From contig PNJU01000001.1 in assembly GCA_013822015.1 (NCBI GenBank), positions 16,797-80,796 on the forward strand: 64,000 nucleotides of DNA, in the 5' to 3' direction. The stretch is from Candidatus Puniceispirillum sp. GTDB lineage: Bacteria; Pseudomonadota; Alphaproteobacteria; Caedimonadales; UBA1908. The position numbers and the translations under genes are program-made. The notes beneath the pieces were generated by a model. The model was not told where the DNA came from. It searched no databases and saw only the letters and a program-made list of their open reading frames with translations. Below, one piece after another: positions 7,238 through 17,237 of the stretch (the stretch's first letter is position 1; every line of letters begins with the position of its first letter).

Positions 7238-9346
7238 ATGGGGATGAGTCGTAAAGGGCTGTGGGCGTTGATTTTTGCAATAGGCTTGGTGAGCGCGGCC
7301 CCTCTTCTGGCAAAAGTCGTGTCCTATACACTTCACATTGGGAAGGCGCCTGTGTCCTTTTCGGGGAAAAGCGCCTGCGCCCTCACCATCAATGGGACGG
7401 TTCCTGGACCAACCTTAAGGGCGCGCCTGGGGGATGAGCTGAGCGTTCACGTCATCAATCACCTGAGCGAGCCCACATCCCTCCACTGGCACGGTGTGCT
7501 GGTGCCCAACAATATGGACGGCGTGCCTTTTGTGAACCAGCTTCCCATTGAGCCAGGTGGTTCGTTTCATTACCACTTTCCCATCACCCACAAGGGCACC
7601 TATTGGTATCACGCCCACGCGGGGCTGCAGGAGCAGCAAGGTCTCTACGGCGCCATCGTCCTTGAAGGAGACACCCCAGCTAAGGAGAAAACCCAGGAGG
7701 AGCATGTCCTTGTTCTGTCGGACTGGAGTGATGAAAAACCTGAAGACATCTTGGGGCACATCAAAAAAGATCCGGACTATTACGCGCTGAAAAAGGACTC
7801 TGTCCAGTCCTGGAAAAAAATCTTCGAGAAAGGCTGGGACGCTGTGGACGTGCGCCTCAAAAACGCGTGGGCGCGCATGTCGCCCATGGATTTATCCGAT
7901 ATTGGCTATGACGCATTTCTCATCAACGGCAAGCGCACCTCATCCGTTGGCCGCGCTAAGGCAGGCGAGCGCGTGAAGCTGCGCCTGATTAACGCCGCAG
8001 CCTCATCGTATTTCATGGTGGAGTACGCAGGCGGCCCTATGACAATCGTGGCGGCGGACGGTGTTGACGTGGAACCACTCACGGTCCAGCGCGCCCGCAT
8101 GGCCATGGCCGAGACCCTGGACGTGCTTGTGGACGTACCAGCGGATAAAGCCTATGAGCTGCGCGCAAGCGCCACGGATGGCACAGGATTTGCCTCCACC
8201 TTTGTCGGGCAAGGCCCCAAGGTCGCGGCGCCCATTTACGAAAAACCTGATGTGCTGCTTATGGAGATGGACCATAGCACCATGGGTGGCCACGACATGG
8301 CAAACATGGGCGGCCACAATATGGCACATATGGGTCATGATATGGCAAGCATGGGACACACGGCGCACGCGTCCAAAAAACTAGGTACGCCCGCCCAGGT
8401 CGACACCTTTGCCTCCTACGCCCCCTTGCGGGCACCCCACAAAACCGCCTTTCCTGACGAGAAGCCTGTGCGCAACATTACCCTGAAGCTGACAGGCTCC
8501 ATGGAGCGTTATGTGTGGACCATCAACGACACCCCCATGTACGCGGCCGACAAAATCGTCATTAAAAAGGGTGAGGTCGTACGTTTTACCCTCATCAACG
8601 AAACCATGATGGACCACCCCATCCACATCCATGGGCACTTTTTTCGGGTCCTCAACGGCCAAGGTGCTTACAGCCCCTTGAAACACACGGTCAGCGTTTC
8701 GCCCTTTGAAACCACCGTCATTGAGATGGACGCAAATGAGGACAAAGACTGGATCTTCCATTGCCACAATCTTTATCACATGAAGCTTGGCATGGGAGGC
8801 GTCCTGCACTACGCCGGCAGCAAACTTGACCCACACCTGGCTCGTCACGGGGGCTCCCACGCCAGTGAGCATGGAGATCTGTGGTTCCACGCCACCCACA
8901 TGGACGTTTTTTCCAATTTTGCGGAGCTTGAGACAACCCTCATGCATGTTGAGAACCGCATCTCTTTGAACGCACGCCGCGCCTATACCCGCGACTACGA
9001 GATTGAGGCAGCCTATACACGCTATATCACGACCTTTCTTGGGATATATGTGGGCGGGCGCTTTCGTTTGGAGGATGATAAGCGTGAGAACATGCCGCTC
9101 ATTGGCGCGCGCTACACCCTGCCCCTTTTGATCGACGCATCCCTTGACATGGGGCACACCGGAAAAGTGCGTTTTGCCCTTGCCAACACCCACCAATTGA
9201 GCGATCGCCTCTCCTTTGACTGGGCCTGGAATACGGACCGGGACTATACCCTCACACTGCGCTGGGACTTGAACAAAACATGGGCCATCGGCGCAAACTA
9301 TGACTCAAGTGAGCGCTTTGGCGTGGGCCTGAGGGCAAGTTTTTAA
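7238..9346 (+). CDS. CopA-type multicopper oxidase fused to a CopB-like C-terminal domain
   Basis: Copper sites HWHG, WYHAH, HPIHIHGH, HCHNLYHMKLGM. Met/His-rich insert MEMDHSTMGGHDMANMGGHNMAHMGHDMASMGH (8261..8372). A 178-aa extension after the last copper site (8813..9346) has alternating-strand character (YEIEAAYTRYITTFLGIYVGGRF...) and ends GVGLRASF. Confidence 0.8.
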   Translation: MGMSRKGLWALIFAIGLVSAAPLLAKVVSYTLHIGKAPVSFSGKSACALTINGTVPGPTLRARLGDELSVHVINHLSEPTSLHWHGVLVPNNMDGVPFVNQLPIEPGGSFHYHFPITHKGTYWYHAHAGLQEQQGLYGAIVLEGDTPAKEKTQEEHVLVLSDWSDEKPEDILGHIKKDPDYYALKKDSVQSWKKIFEKGWDAVDVRLKNAWARMSPMDLSDIGYDAFLINGKRTSSVGRAKAGERVKLRLINAAASSYFMVEYAGGPMTIVAADGVDVEPLTVQRARMAMAETLDVLVDVPADKAYELRASATDGTGFASTFVGQGPKVAAPIYEKPDVLLMEMDHSTMGGHDMANMGGHNMAHMGHDMASMGHTAHASKKLGTPAQVDTFASYAPLRAPHKTAFPDEKPVRNITLKLTGSMERYVWTINDTPMYAADKIVIKKGEVVRFTLINETMMDHPIHIHGHFFRVLNGQGAYSPLKHTVSVSPFETTVIEMDANEDKDWIFHCHNLYHMKLGMGGVLHYAGSKLDPHLARHGGSHASEHGDLWFHATHMDVFSNFAELETTLMHVENRISLNARRAYTRDYEIEAAYTRYITTFLGIYVGGRFRLEDDKRENMPLIGARYTLPLLIDASLDMGHTGKVRFALANTHQLSDRLSFDWAWNTDRDYTLTLRWDLNKTWAIGANYDSSERFGVGLRASF

Positions 9347-9356
9347 CTGAGGGCCC

Positions 9357-9788
9357 CTATGAAGGGGATTTCTCAGGCAGATGCCCTTCAAAACACCGCG
9401 CCCCTTCTGGCATGATCTCCCAGGGGTATGCGCTTTTTGTCCAAATGTGAAAGGATGTGGTCAGGCCATCGGTGTCGTCAAAGGCTCCGACAGAAAGGGT
9501 GCGAAACTGGGCCCAGTGGTCGGAGCGACTCATGAGCGTTGTCCCACACGCGGGACAAAATCCAACGTGAACGGGATAACCGCTCTCGCTCATGCGCGTG
9601 ACCTCGCGCACCTCGCCCGTCACGTGCAGCGCGTCCGTCAGCGCGAGGGCAAAGGACCACGAGGTCCCGCCCGTTAGTTTCTTACAAGCCTGGCAGTGAC
9701 ACACACCAATTTTGAGGGGAGGCGCTTCAAGGCGAAATCTTACGGCACCACAAAAGCAGCCTCCTGTCAAATGGGTATCCAGTGTCAT
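9357..9788 (-). CDS. GFA / CENP-V family zinc protein
   Basis: Cys pattern CFCGAVRF...CHCQACKK...CPACGT, typical of the glutathione-dependent formaldehyde-activating enzyme fold. Confidence 0.75.
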   Translation of the reverse strand: MTLDTHLTGGCFCGAVRFRLEAPPLKIGVCHCQACKKLTGGTSWSFALALTDALHVTGEVREVTRMSESGYPVHVGFCPACGTTLMSRSDHWAQFRTLSVGAFDDTDGLTTSFHIWTKSAYPWEIMPEGARCFEGHLPEKSPS

Positions 9789-9809
9789 GGCGTGCTCCCT
9801 ACAGTTGCT

Positions 9810-10310
9810 CTATTCAGCGTGGCGATCTTTGCCTGCCAAGTAAATTTTAAATGAGGCATCTCCTCCAAGGTATGAGCGCTTATAGCGATACACACAGGCC
9901 AGTTTCCCATCTTCAATCACAGCGTCGGCCCGTTCAATCTTGGTCTTTCCACTCTGGACGCTAGACCAGGTAAACCCTCGACCGCCCACAATGCTTCCAG
10001 TGGTTTTTGGATCCCTGGTAAACTCGAGCAAGGATCCCCCTGCAACACCATGTATGCCTTCAGGTAAGAGGCCTGCCGCCTGGAGCTGAGGAACTGTGAT
10101 GGAAGAAAAGAAGTTAATGTTATTGCCATAGCTGGATGAGGTTTCATCACCCTGAAGCGTTTTAATTTGGTTTGCCGTCAAGCTCGGTGGGCAGACCCTG
10201 ACCAAATCATCTTTTGCAAGGGCTTGTGATTGGGGCGCTGCTTGTGCGTAGACGTAGGGCGCACTAAGAGCAAGTCCCGCAAAACTAAAAACAAATACTT
10301 TGATCATCAC
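9810..10310 (-). CDS. hypothetical secreted protein
   Basis: Signal peptide MMIKVFVFSFAGLALSAPYVYA|Q. No recognisable domain. Confidence 0.5.
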   Translation of the reverse strand: MMIKVFVFSFAGLALSAPYVYAQAAPQSQALAKDDLVRVCPPSLTANQIKTLQGDETSSSYGNNINFFSSITVPQLQAAGLLPEGIHGVAGGSLLEFTRDPKTTGSIVGGRGFTWSSVQSGKTKIERADAVIEDGKLACVYRYKRSYLGGDASFKIYLAGKDRHAE

Positions 10311-10370
10311 ACTACTCCCATTTTTATTTTTTTACATACCGATGGTAGCACACTGAAAACGGGGGAGCAA

Positions 10371-11174
10371 TCAAGGCATCAAAACATAAAAATCGAGCAC
10401 TTCTTCTCTGTGGGGCATAAAGCGGCTCACAAGGGACCACGACGAGGGAAGCAAGTGCGCCACAAGCGCCTTCAACCCTTGATCGCGAGCTTCCTGAAGC
10501 GCCCGGGCAAAGGCGGCAGAACCAATCCCGCGATTGCGCGCCTCGGGCAGAATCCCGCCCCAGTAAACGCCCAAAACATCATCATGGACATAGGTTTGAA
10601 AAAAGCCCACGGGACGCCCTTTATATTCGATCAGATAACACTCAAGTTTGTGCACATTGGGTTTCTTGGCAGGCAATCCCCGCATGAAATTCATAACCAT
10701 TCCCTCTTCATGGACAAAGGTCGGCGCAGAAAGACGGTCAAAGGTGCGCATCTCATTGTGATTGGCGACTGGTTTAATTTTTAGATCCGACACTTCTTTC
10801 AGATCTGGTAGCATCAGATCCGACAGATCGAAGGTCACGCCCTTCACCTGATGCATATGGGCAATGGGTAGCGCGTCCAAAAAAGGTTGCATGTGTGGAG
10901 ATTCCTCACTCGCGCAAAGCCATGAAGCAGGCGCGCTTCCAAGCAGATGGATAAAATCCTTCACCTGATGTGACGTCAGTGTGCTCGGCGCCCCGTAAAC
11001 CCAGTTAAAGAGAGAGTGCTCTATCCCAGATTCTAGGTAACGCAAACGTCCAATGCGCTGCATGGTCCATCCAGTCACGGCACAAAATGCATCGGAGTAA
11101 GCAACCATGTGATCGATGGGACGCACCTCGTTATGATATTTTTTGTTATGTGCGCTGGACCAGCTCATGCCCAT
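10371..11174 (-). CDS. GNAT family N-acetyltransferase
   Basis: The C-terminal half has GRPVGFFQTYV...LPEARNRGIGSAAFARAL, the acetyl-CoA motif RxxGxG. Confidence 0.7.
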   Translation of the reverse strand: MGMSWSSAHNKKYHNEVRPIDHMVAYSDAFCAVTGWTMQRIGRLRYLESGIEHSLFNWVYGAPSTLTSHQVKDFIHLLGSAPASWLCASEESPHMQPFLDALPIAHMHQVKGVTFDLSDLMLPDLKEVSDLKIKPVANHNEMRTFDRLSAPTFVHEEGMVMNFMRGLPAKKPNVHKLECYLIEYKGRPVGFFQTYVHDDVLGVYWGGILPEARNRGIGSAAFARALQEARDQGLKALVAHLLPSSWSLVSRFMPHREEVLDFYVLMP

Positions 11175-11290
11175 GGCCTTCTATCCTGTTATTTGTCTAC
11201 GCACGTTCATCCTGGTCCGATTTTATCAGAGCGTCAAGTGCCCTCGACTCTTTTCATCAGAATCTTGTCCAGGATCATATGCTTTTTTCG

Positions 11291-11319
11291 TTGACGCTGC
11301 CCACCAAGTAGAGTATCAG
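11291..11319 (+). promoter_or_regulatory. candidate sigma-70-type promoter for rplM-rpsI
   Basis: TTGACG, a 17-nt spacer, then TATCAG, about 70 nt upstream of the rplM ATG. Confidence 0.3.
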
Positions 11320-11386
11320 TGTCCTAAGTTTCGTGGTTGCCTGGACTCAGGTGGCCTGTGTTTGTTTGGAAAAAAGATTACATACC

Positions 11387-11854
11387 ATGAGAAAAACCTT
11401 TTCCCTAAAACCTGCTGAGGTTGACAAAAAGTGGGTCTTGATTGATGCAGACGGCCTTGTGCTTGGACGCTTGGCTTCGTTGGTTGCAAATCGCCTACGC
11501 GGTAAGCACAAGCCTGAGTACACACCCCATGTGGACTGCGGTGACAATATCATTATCATCAACGCTGAAAAAGTTGCCCTAACCGGTAACAAGCTTGATG
11601 ATAAGGTCTACTACTGGCACACAGGGTACCCAGGCGGTATTAAAGAGCGTACTGCAGGACAGTTCCTGGCAGGCCGTTTCCCAGAGCGCGTGCTTGAAAA
11701 AGCCATTACACGCATGGTGCCAAAGGGCCCGTTGGGACGTGCTCAGCTTAAGAACCTGCGCATTTATTCTGGTCCAGCTCATCCCCATGACGCTCAGCAG
11801 CCTGAGCCTTTGGATGTTGGTGCCATGAACCCAAAGAATAGAAGGAGCCAATAA
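11387..11854 (+). CDS. rplM: 50S ribosomal protein L13
   Basis: [40 protein letters not shown]; ATG at 11387. Confidence 0.95.
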   Translation: MRKTFSLKPAEVDKKWVLIDADGLVLGRLASLVANRLRGKHKPEYTPHVDCGDNIIIINAEKVALTGNKLDDKVYYWHTGYPGGIKERTAGQFLAGRFPERVLEKAITRMVPKGPLGRAQLKNLRIYSGPAHPHDAQQPEPLDVGAMNPKNRRSQ

Positions 11855-11856
11855 AC

Positions 11857-12333
11857 ATGGCAAAAGATTCAGTAGGTCTTGAGTCCCTCAAGTCCGCAAC
11901 ACCTGCTAGCCCTGCTGTTGTTGAGGCTAAGCCACAGATCGACTCACTTGGTCGTTCCTATGCCACAGGCAAGCGTAAGGACGCTGTTGCCCGTGTATGG
12001 ATTAAGGCTGGCACAGGCCGCATTACGGTGAACGGTCGTGAAGGCAATGTTTATTTTGGTCGCCCCGTTTTGCAAATGCTGATGCGTCAGCCCCTCGTGC
12101 ATACAAAGCGCGAGACACACTTTGACGTGATCTGCACCGTTGCTGGTGGTGGTCTTTCCGGACAAGCCGGTGCGGTTCGTCACGGCATCAGCAAGGCATT
12201 GACATATTACGAGCCCACACTGCGCGCTGTCTTGAAGCCTGAAGGTTTCCTCACACGTGACAGCCGTGTGGTTGAGCGTAAGAAGTACGGTAAGCGTAAA
12301 GCACGTCGTAGCTTCCAGTTCTCCAAGCGCTAG
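11857..12333 (+). CDS. rpsI: 30S ribosomal protein S9
   Basis: [13 protein letters not shown]...C-terminal [17 protein letters not shown]. Confidence 0.95.
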   Translation: MAKDSVGLESLKSATPASPAVVEAKPQIDSLGRSYATGKRKDAVARVWIKAGTGRITVNGREGNVYFGRPVLQMLMRQPLVHTKRETHFDVICTVAGGGLSGQAGAVRHGISKALTYYEPTLRAVLKPEGFLTRDSRVVERKKYGKRKARRSFQFSKR

Positions 12334-12346
12334 TATTACTTTTGGA

Positions 12347-12380
12347 GCACCCCATTCTTTTGTGGGGTGCATCCTTTTTG
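12347..12380 (+). terminator. rho-independent terminator after rpsI
   Basis: GCACCCCA / TGGGGTGC stem followed by ATCCTTTTTG. Confidence 0.6.
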
Positions 12381-12395
12381 ATTTAGGAGTCAAAC

Positions 12396-12530
12396 ATGAA
12401 AAGAACATATCAACCCAGCGTGCTGGTTCGCAAACGTCGCCACGGTTTTCGTGCGCGTATGCAAACAACAGGTGGTCGTTTGGTTTTGAACCGTCGTCGC
12501 GCCAAGGGTCGTGCACGTCTGTCTGCCTAA
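12396..12530 (+). CDS. rpmH: 50S ribosomal protein L34
   Basis: 44-codon ORF, below the ORF-track cutoff: [49 protein letters not shown] lies 6-7 nt upstream. Confidence 0.93.
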   Translation: MKRTYQPSVLVRKRRHGFRARMQTTGGRLVLNRRRAKGRARLSA

Positions 12531-12614
12531 AGGTTTAAGTCTCTGCGTGCCACGTTTCCGACCCTTAAAAAGAATCGCGAATTTCGCGCGCTGGCACAAC
12601 AGGGCAAAAAGTGG

Positions 12615-12911
12615 GTGACACAATCTGTTATCCTTCAAGGAGCCCGCCCTTGTGAATCTCACAACAATCAGATTCGGGTGGGCTATACTGTTTCAAGAAA
12701 AGTTGGCGGCGCGGTGGTGCGCAACAAAGTCAAAAGACGTTTGCGTGCAGCAGTGCGTGAAATCCTTTCACAGAAAGAGTGGTCCCTTGGCGATGTTGTT
12801 TTAATCGCAAGGCCCGGCTCCTTTGATCACCCTTACGCCGATCTTGTGGCAAACGTGCGGTGGGGGCTTTCCCACCTAGAGCGTGTTTTGAAAGAGGATG
12901 ACCCAACATGA
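12615..12911 (+). CDS. rnpA: ribonuclease P protein component
   Basis: [23 protein letters not shown]. The conserved N-terminal LKKNREFRALAQQG is encoded in frame upstream (from about 12543) with no ATG/GTG/TTG, so the true start is probably non-canonical and upstream of 12615. Confidence 0.85.
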   Translation: MTQSVILQGARPCESHNNQIRVGYTVSRKVGGAVVRNKVKRRLRAAVREILSQKEWSLGDVVLIARPGSFDHPYADLVANVRWGLSHLERVLKEDDPT

Positions 12912-13162
12912 TGCGGCGTCTCCTCACCTCACTTATCGCCCTTTACAAGCTCACGCTATCTCCCCTTTTAGGTCCGCGCTGCCGCTTCTACCCTTCTTGC
13001 TCTGACTACACAAGACGGGCCCTTGAGCGTCACGGCGTTTTAAAGGGACTGCTTTTAGGCGTGCACAGAATCTTAAGGTGTCATCCCTGGGGTGGCTCTG
13101 GAGAGGATAGCGTGCCAGTCGAATTTTCGTTATCATCGCTTTCATTGAGGAAAAAAAGGTAA
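12908..13162 (+). CDS. yidD: membrane protein insertion efficiency factor YidD
   Basis: [26 protein letters not shown]...CHPW. Confidence 0.9.
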   Translation: MMRRLLTSLIALYKLTLSPLLGPRCRFYPSCSDYTRRALERHGVLKGLLLGVHRILRCHPWGGSGEDSVPVEFSLSSLSLRKKR

Positions 13163-13166
13163 AACC

Positions 13167-14864
13167 ATGGGTACGGAAGACAAGAGAAATTTTATCATTT
13201 TTGGTGTGCTGTCGGTTCTGATATTCCTGGGATGGAGTCACTTCTTCCCGGCACCCACGCCCACACAGGCCCCTGTGCAAAAGACCGCTGAGGTACAACT
13301 GGCTCCAAGCGATGCTAGCCGCCCAGTGACCCTTGTCTCACGTGGAGAGGCTCTGCAAACCAGTGCCCGTATCCCCATCGACGCACCCTTCATTAAGGGA
13401 AGTATCCCTCTCACGGGCGATCGCATTGACGATGTGGTCCTCACCCAGTACCGCCTTTCCCCAAATAAAGACAGCCCCTTTGTAACCCTTTTGTCACCTG
13501 AGCAAACTGCCCATGCGACCTATGCCCAAATGGGCTGGGTTGCAAGCAGCAAAAGCGTGCGCGTGCCCGACGAGAAAACCCAGTGGCAGACGACCGCCAC
13601 AAAGCTCACATCTGAGACGCCCATCACCCTCACATGGGATAATGGACAAGGCCTTGTATTCGAGCGCACCATTGCTGTGGATAAGGATTACCTTATCAGC
13701 GTTACCCAAAAGGTTACCAACAATACTAACGCCCCTGTCCATGTGGCGCCCTATGGTCAGATCAGCCGTCAAGACACACCCAAAACAGATGACCTCTTCA
13801 TCCTCCATGAAGGGCCTGTGGGCTACATGAACAGCTCTCTTATTGAGTATAAGTACGACAAACTCAAAGATAAGAAAATTGTCACAGAAAACACAACTGG
13901 TGGCTGGATGGGTATCACGGACAAGTACTGGCTGACGGCCCTTATCCCCGACCAAAAGCACGCGCTCAAGGCCCATTACCGCTACCTAGAGCTAGGTGGG
14001 CGCCCATCCTATCAGACCGACTACATGGAAGATCTTGGGGTCCTTGAGAGTGGTAAGTCCCTGACAACCACCGCCCATTTGTTTGCGGGTGCCAAGGTCC
14101 TGTCACTTCTTGATTCCTATGAGGACAAACTTGGCGTGCCTCACTTTGATAAGGCTGTGGACTTTGGCTGGTTCTATCTGATCACCAAGCCCACGTTCTA
14201 CTTCCTCACCTTTGCCTATGATTACCTGGGCAACTTTGGGGTGGCGATTTTGTTCCTGACCCTTCTTTTGAAGCTTGCCTTCTTGCCCATCGCCAACAAG
14301 CAGTACCGCTCCATGGCGCGCATGAAGGACCTGCAGCCCAAGGTGAAGAAGCTTCAAGAACGCTACGCAGATGACAAAATGCGCCTCAATCAGGAGATGA
14401 TGGAGCTTTACAAGCGCGAGAAGGTGAACCCTGTCTCCGGCTGCTTGCCCATGCTCGTCCAGATCCCTGTGTTCTTCGCCCTTTATAAGGTGATTTACAT
14501 CTCCATCGAGATGCGCCAAGCGCCCTTCTTTGGCTGGATCCATGACCTGTCCATTCCGGACCCCACAACGGTCTTTAATCTGTTTGGCCTGATCCCCTGG
14601 ACGCCGCCTACCTTCTTGATGCTGGGTGCATGGCCTCTCATCATGGGGCTCACCATGTGGGCGCAGCAAAAGCTCAATCCCGCGCCTACGGATCCTGCCC
14701 AAGCGAAGGTCTTCCTGATCATGCCCATCATGTTCACATACATCTGCGCCAGCTTCCCGGCGGGCCTCGTGATCTACTGGACATGGAGCAATCTTTTGAC
14801 CATCGCCCAGCAGGCCTTCATCATGAGTCGGGCGACAAAGCTGCCCCACGCAAATAAGGCGTAA
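13167..14864 (+). CDS. yidC: membrane protein insertase YidC
   Basis: N-terminal TM helix, large periplasmic domain, and the conserved core [36 protein letters not shown]...[16 protein letters not shown]. Confidence 0.95.
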   Translation: MGTEDKRNFIIFGVLSVLIFLGWSHFFPAPTPTQAPVQKTAEVQLAPSDASRPVTLVSRGEALQTSARIPIDAPFIKGSIPLTGDRIDDVVLTQYRLSPNKDSPFVTLLSPEQTAHATYAQMGWVASSKSVRVPDEKTQWQTTATKLTSETPITLTWDNGQGLVFERTIAVDKDYLISVTQKVTNNTNAPVHVAPYGQISRQDTPKTDDLFILHEGPVGYMNSSLIEYKYDKLKDKKIVTENTTGGWMGITDKYWLTALIPDQKHALKAHYRYLELGGRPSYQTDYMEDLGVLESGKSLTTTAHLFAGAKVLSLLDSYEDKLGVPHFDKAVDFGWFYLITKPTFYFLTFAYDYLGNFGVAILFLTLLLKLAFLPIANKQYRSMARMKDLQPKVKKLQERYADDKMRLNQEMMELYKREKVNPVSGCLPMLVQIPVFFALYKVIYISIEMRQAPFFGWIHDLSIPDPTTVFNLFGLIPWTPPTFLMLGAWPLIMGLTMWAQQKLNPAPTDPAQAKVFLIMPIMFTYICASFPAGLVIYWTWSNLLTIAQQAFIMSRATKLPHANKA

Positions 14865-14869
14865 GAACC

Positions 14870-15541
14870 ATGAGCGATAACGAAGACGCGCGCGTAGTCC
14901 CTGACGAAGAGAGGCGCACGCCACAGTTCTTGAAGGGCAAGGCGTGCACCTTTGTCACGTCGACCCCTTCCCTCAAGGGATTGCCTCCCATGGCTTTACC
15001 AGAGATCGCCTTTGCGGGGCGCTCCAATGTGGGGAAGTCTTCCCTCTTGAACGCCCTGGTGGGCGCCAAGGGACTGGCGCGCACGTCCAACACGCCGGGG
15101 CGCACCCAAATGCTGAACTTCTTCACCTGGGACGAGCGTCTTTATCTTGTGGACATGCCGGGCTATGGTTACGCCAAAGCGCCCAAGGCCATGGTTGATG
15201 CATGGACGCGCCTTGTGAAGGATTACCTGCGCGGCCGCGTGAGCTTGAAGCGCGTTTTTCTTCTGATTGATGCGCGTCACGGCATTATGAAGAATGACTT
15301 GGAGGTTATAAAGCTTCTGGACGAGTCCGCTGTGTCTTATCAAGTGATCCTGACCAAGATGGACAAGATCTCCTCGGCCGCACGCACGAAGATGATTGAG
15401 CGCACCCGCAAAGAGATCGATACCCACCCGGCCGCCTTCCCCGTTCTTTTGGCCACCAGCAGCGAAAAAGGCTGGGGCCTGGAGGACGTCATTGTGGCTG
15501 TGGAAGACATTATCGCGCCCCCTGCCCTCACGCCCATGTAA
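14870..15541 (+). CDS. engB: ribosome biogenesis GTP-binding protein YihA/EngB
   Basis: [19 protein letters not shown] (G1), DMPGYGYA (G3), LTKMDK (G4). Confidence 0.9.
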   Translation: MSDNEDARVVPDEERRTPQFLKGKACTFVTSTPSLKGLPPMALPEIAFAGRSNVGKSSLLNALVGAKGLARTSNTPGRTQMLNFFTWDERLYLVDMPGYGYAKAPKAMVDAWTRLVKDYLRGRVSLKRVFLLIDARHGIMKNDLEVIKLLDESAVSYQVILTKMDKISSAARTKMIERTRKEIDTHPAAFPVLLATSSEKGWGLEDVIVAVEDIIAPPALTPM

Positions 15542-15646
15542 CTTCTTTTTCTTCTTTTGGCTTGAATTACAGGAACAAACGCTTATCTATACAGAGAGAG
15601 TGTGGTGTGGTTTGCCCATTCTTTTCTCATTTTAGGAGTCCTGTAA

Positions 15647-17113
15647 TTGAAAAAATACTTGCTGTCTGCCTCCCTCGGTCTGAGCCTTGTGGCTTGTCCA
15701 GCGTCCCTCATTCTGGCCTCTAGTCAATGCCAAGATGACACCATCCTTCACCCCCTAGCCAATAACCTTGCGCGCGGTGACAAGACCGTAATGGTTTTGG
15801 CCAACGACTATGAAACCGATCCTGACAGCAACTTGGCCGGTATTGTTGCTGTAGGCCTGGCGGTAAAGGCTCACGTTCAAGCCGGCGCCCAGACGCCTTT
15901 AGGGGTGATTGTTTACACCGATGATGAGTATACAGCCCAGGACGCCCTAAACCTTTCGGCGCAGCTTGCCGCCTCCGGTCCGTGGGACGAGGATATGCCC
16001 CTTGCCAAGGCGCACTATACAGATCCATTGACTGTTGCCTTTTTGAAGACACTTCCTGCCACCCTGGGTCTGCGTGCCCAAGACGCAGCCGTTGACTTCT
16101 TCTCTCTGGCCAACTTTCTCAATACCCACTTTGGTAGAAATGTTGTGGACCTTCACGTTGTCCAAGGCACCCGCACCCGTACAACCGACACGAAAGAACC
16201 CTATGTGAACCCCTACTTGGGCAACTTTGGCATGGGATATGATGAGAGCGCCCAAACGCTGATTTCTCAAATTCACCCAACCTACGGCGCGCACGGCGTT
16301 CTTGAGCTTCTCCAAGGGCGTTACCAAACCCACAAGGCCTTTTTGCTCAGCGGCGGCAGCGCACGCCTGTCCCTTGATCTGGCCGAGCAAGCACCGGAGT
16401 TAACCCAGCATATCCCTAATATCAGCGTCATTGGGCGTATTGAAACACCCCACTCGGCATTGTTTAACCGCCAAGAAAAGCGCCCGGGTGGCTCTTGGAA
16501 TGCACGCATTGACCCAAGCGCTTTCACAGGCTTCTTTCAAAGTGTGGCGGATAATCCAACCCTCTATGAAAGCCTCCATGTGGTTGACTCAGGCACCATT
16601 TTTTACGCGCCTGTCTTTGACGCAGCAGAGGGACATATGCCCCTCTATGCACAAGGATTAGAGGTTTTAGGATATGACGCTTTCCTCCCAAAAGCCGCCC
16701 TTGAGAGCAAAAACATGGTCGAAAAGCTCCATACAGAGTTCGCATGGGGTTACAAACCAAAGGCCATGGATCCTGTGTCCGTTCTTTATGGACTTGGCCT
16801 TGTGGATCTATCCATGCGTCAGGGCACATGGCAGCACATCTATCATCAGTTTGCGCCCCAAGACACTGACGCGGCGGCCGACATCAAGGGCATTCACATG
16901 TCCCTGCCTTGGACGGATCATGGACATCCCTTTGTGTCCACATTTCCTGGGCGCGGTGAGTCTGAGGAGGCGTTTGCAGCACGTCTGGCTACTTACGCAG
17001 AAACAGGGTATGAGCACGCCACAGTCGTTGAAGCAGGCAAAGCCCTCAAGGCCAACGTGCTGCGTGAACTCCTGGGCTTTGGCGCCATGATCAAGGCCCT
17101 TGCTAAGGCGTAA
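15647..17113 (+). CDS. hypothetical lipoprotein (488 aa)
   Basis: TTG start 8 nt after AGGAG. Lipobox LSLVAC. No recognisable catalytic motif. Confidence 0.55.
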   Translation: MKKYLLSASLGLSLVACPASLILASSQCQDDTILHPLANNLARGDKTVMVLANDYETDPDSNLAGIVAVGLAVKAHVQAGAQTPLGVIVYTDDEYTAQDALNLSAQLAASGPWDEDMPLAKAHYTDPLTVAFLKTLPATLGLRAQDAAVDFFSLANFLNTHFGRNVVDLHVVQGTRTRTTDTKEPYVNPYLGNFGMGYDESAQTLISQIHPTYGAHGVLELLQGRYQTHKAFLLSGGSARLSLDLAEQAPELTQHIPNISVIGRIETPHSALFNRQEKRPGGSWNARIDPSAFTGFFQSVADNPTLYESLHVVDSGTIFYAPVFDAAEGHMPLYAQGLEVLGYDAFLPKAALESKNMVEKLHTEFAWGYKPKAMDPVSVLYGLGLVDLSMRQGTWQHIYHQFAPQDTDAAADIKGIHMSLPWTDHGHPFVSTFPGRGESEEAFAARLATYAETGYEHATVVEAGKALKANVLRELLGFGAMIKALAKA

Positions 17114-17143
17114 ACATCTTATTGATCTTAAACATAAATCAAC

Positions 17144-17180
17144 GGCGCGCCTTAAGTTTCTTGAGGCGCGCCTTTTGTTT
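17144..17180 (+). terminator. rho-independent terminator
   Basis: GGCGCGCC (17144-51) pairs with GGCGCGCC (17165-72), followed by TTTTGTTTG. Confidence 0.6.
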
Positions 17181-17237
17181 GTGTCTTGACAGTGTGCCCT
17201 GCCCCCTTCACTCTAAGCCCGCAGTTAAAACAATCGA

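Noticed and set aside
8381-9196. 271-aa minus-strand ORF
   Set aside because: Antisense shadow inside the multicopper oxidase gene, with no motif.
10230-10784. 184-aa plus-strand ORF
   Set aside because: Antisense to the GNAT gene and to the 5' end of the 9810..10310 gene, with basic low-complexity translation.
14103-14924. 273-aa minus-strand ORF
   Set aside because: Antisense shadow inside yidC. The translation is Arg/His/Gly/Glu-rich.
17144-17172. GGCGCGCC octamers, also seen near 865 and 63488, as a dispersed REP-like family
   Set aside because: The octamer is self-complementary and simply forms part of individual terminator hairpins. The flanks are unrelated, so there is no evidence for a repeat family.
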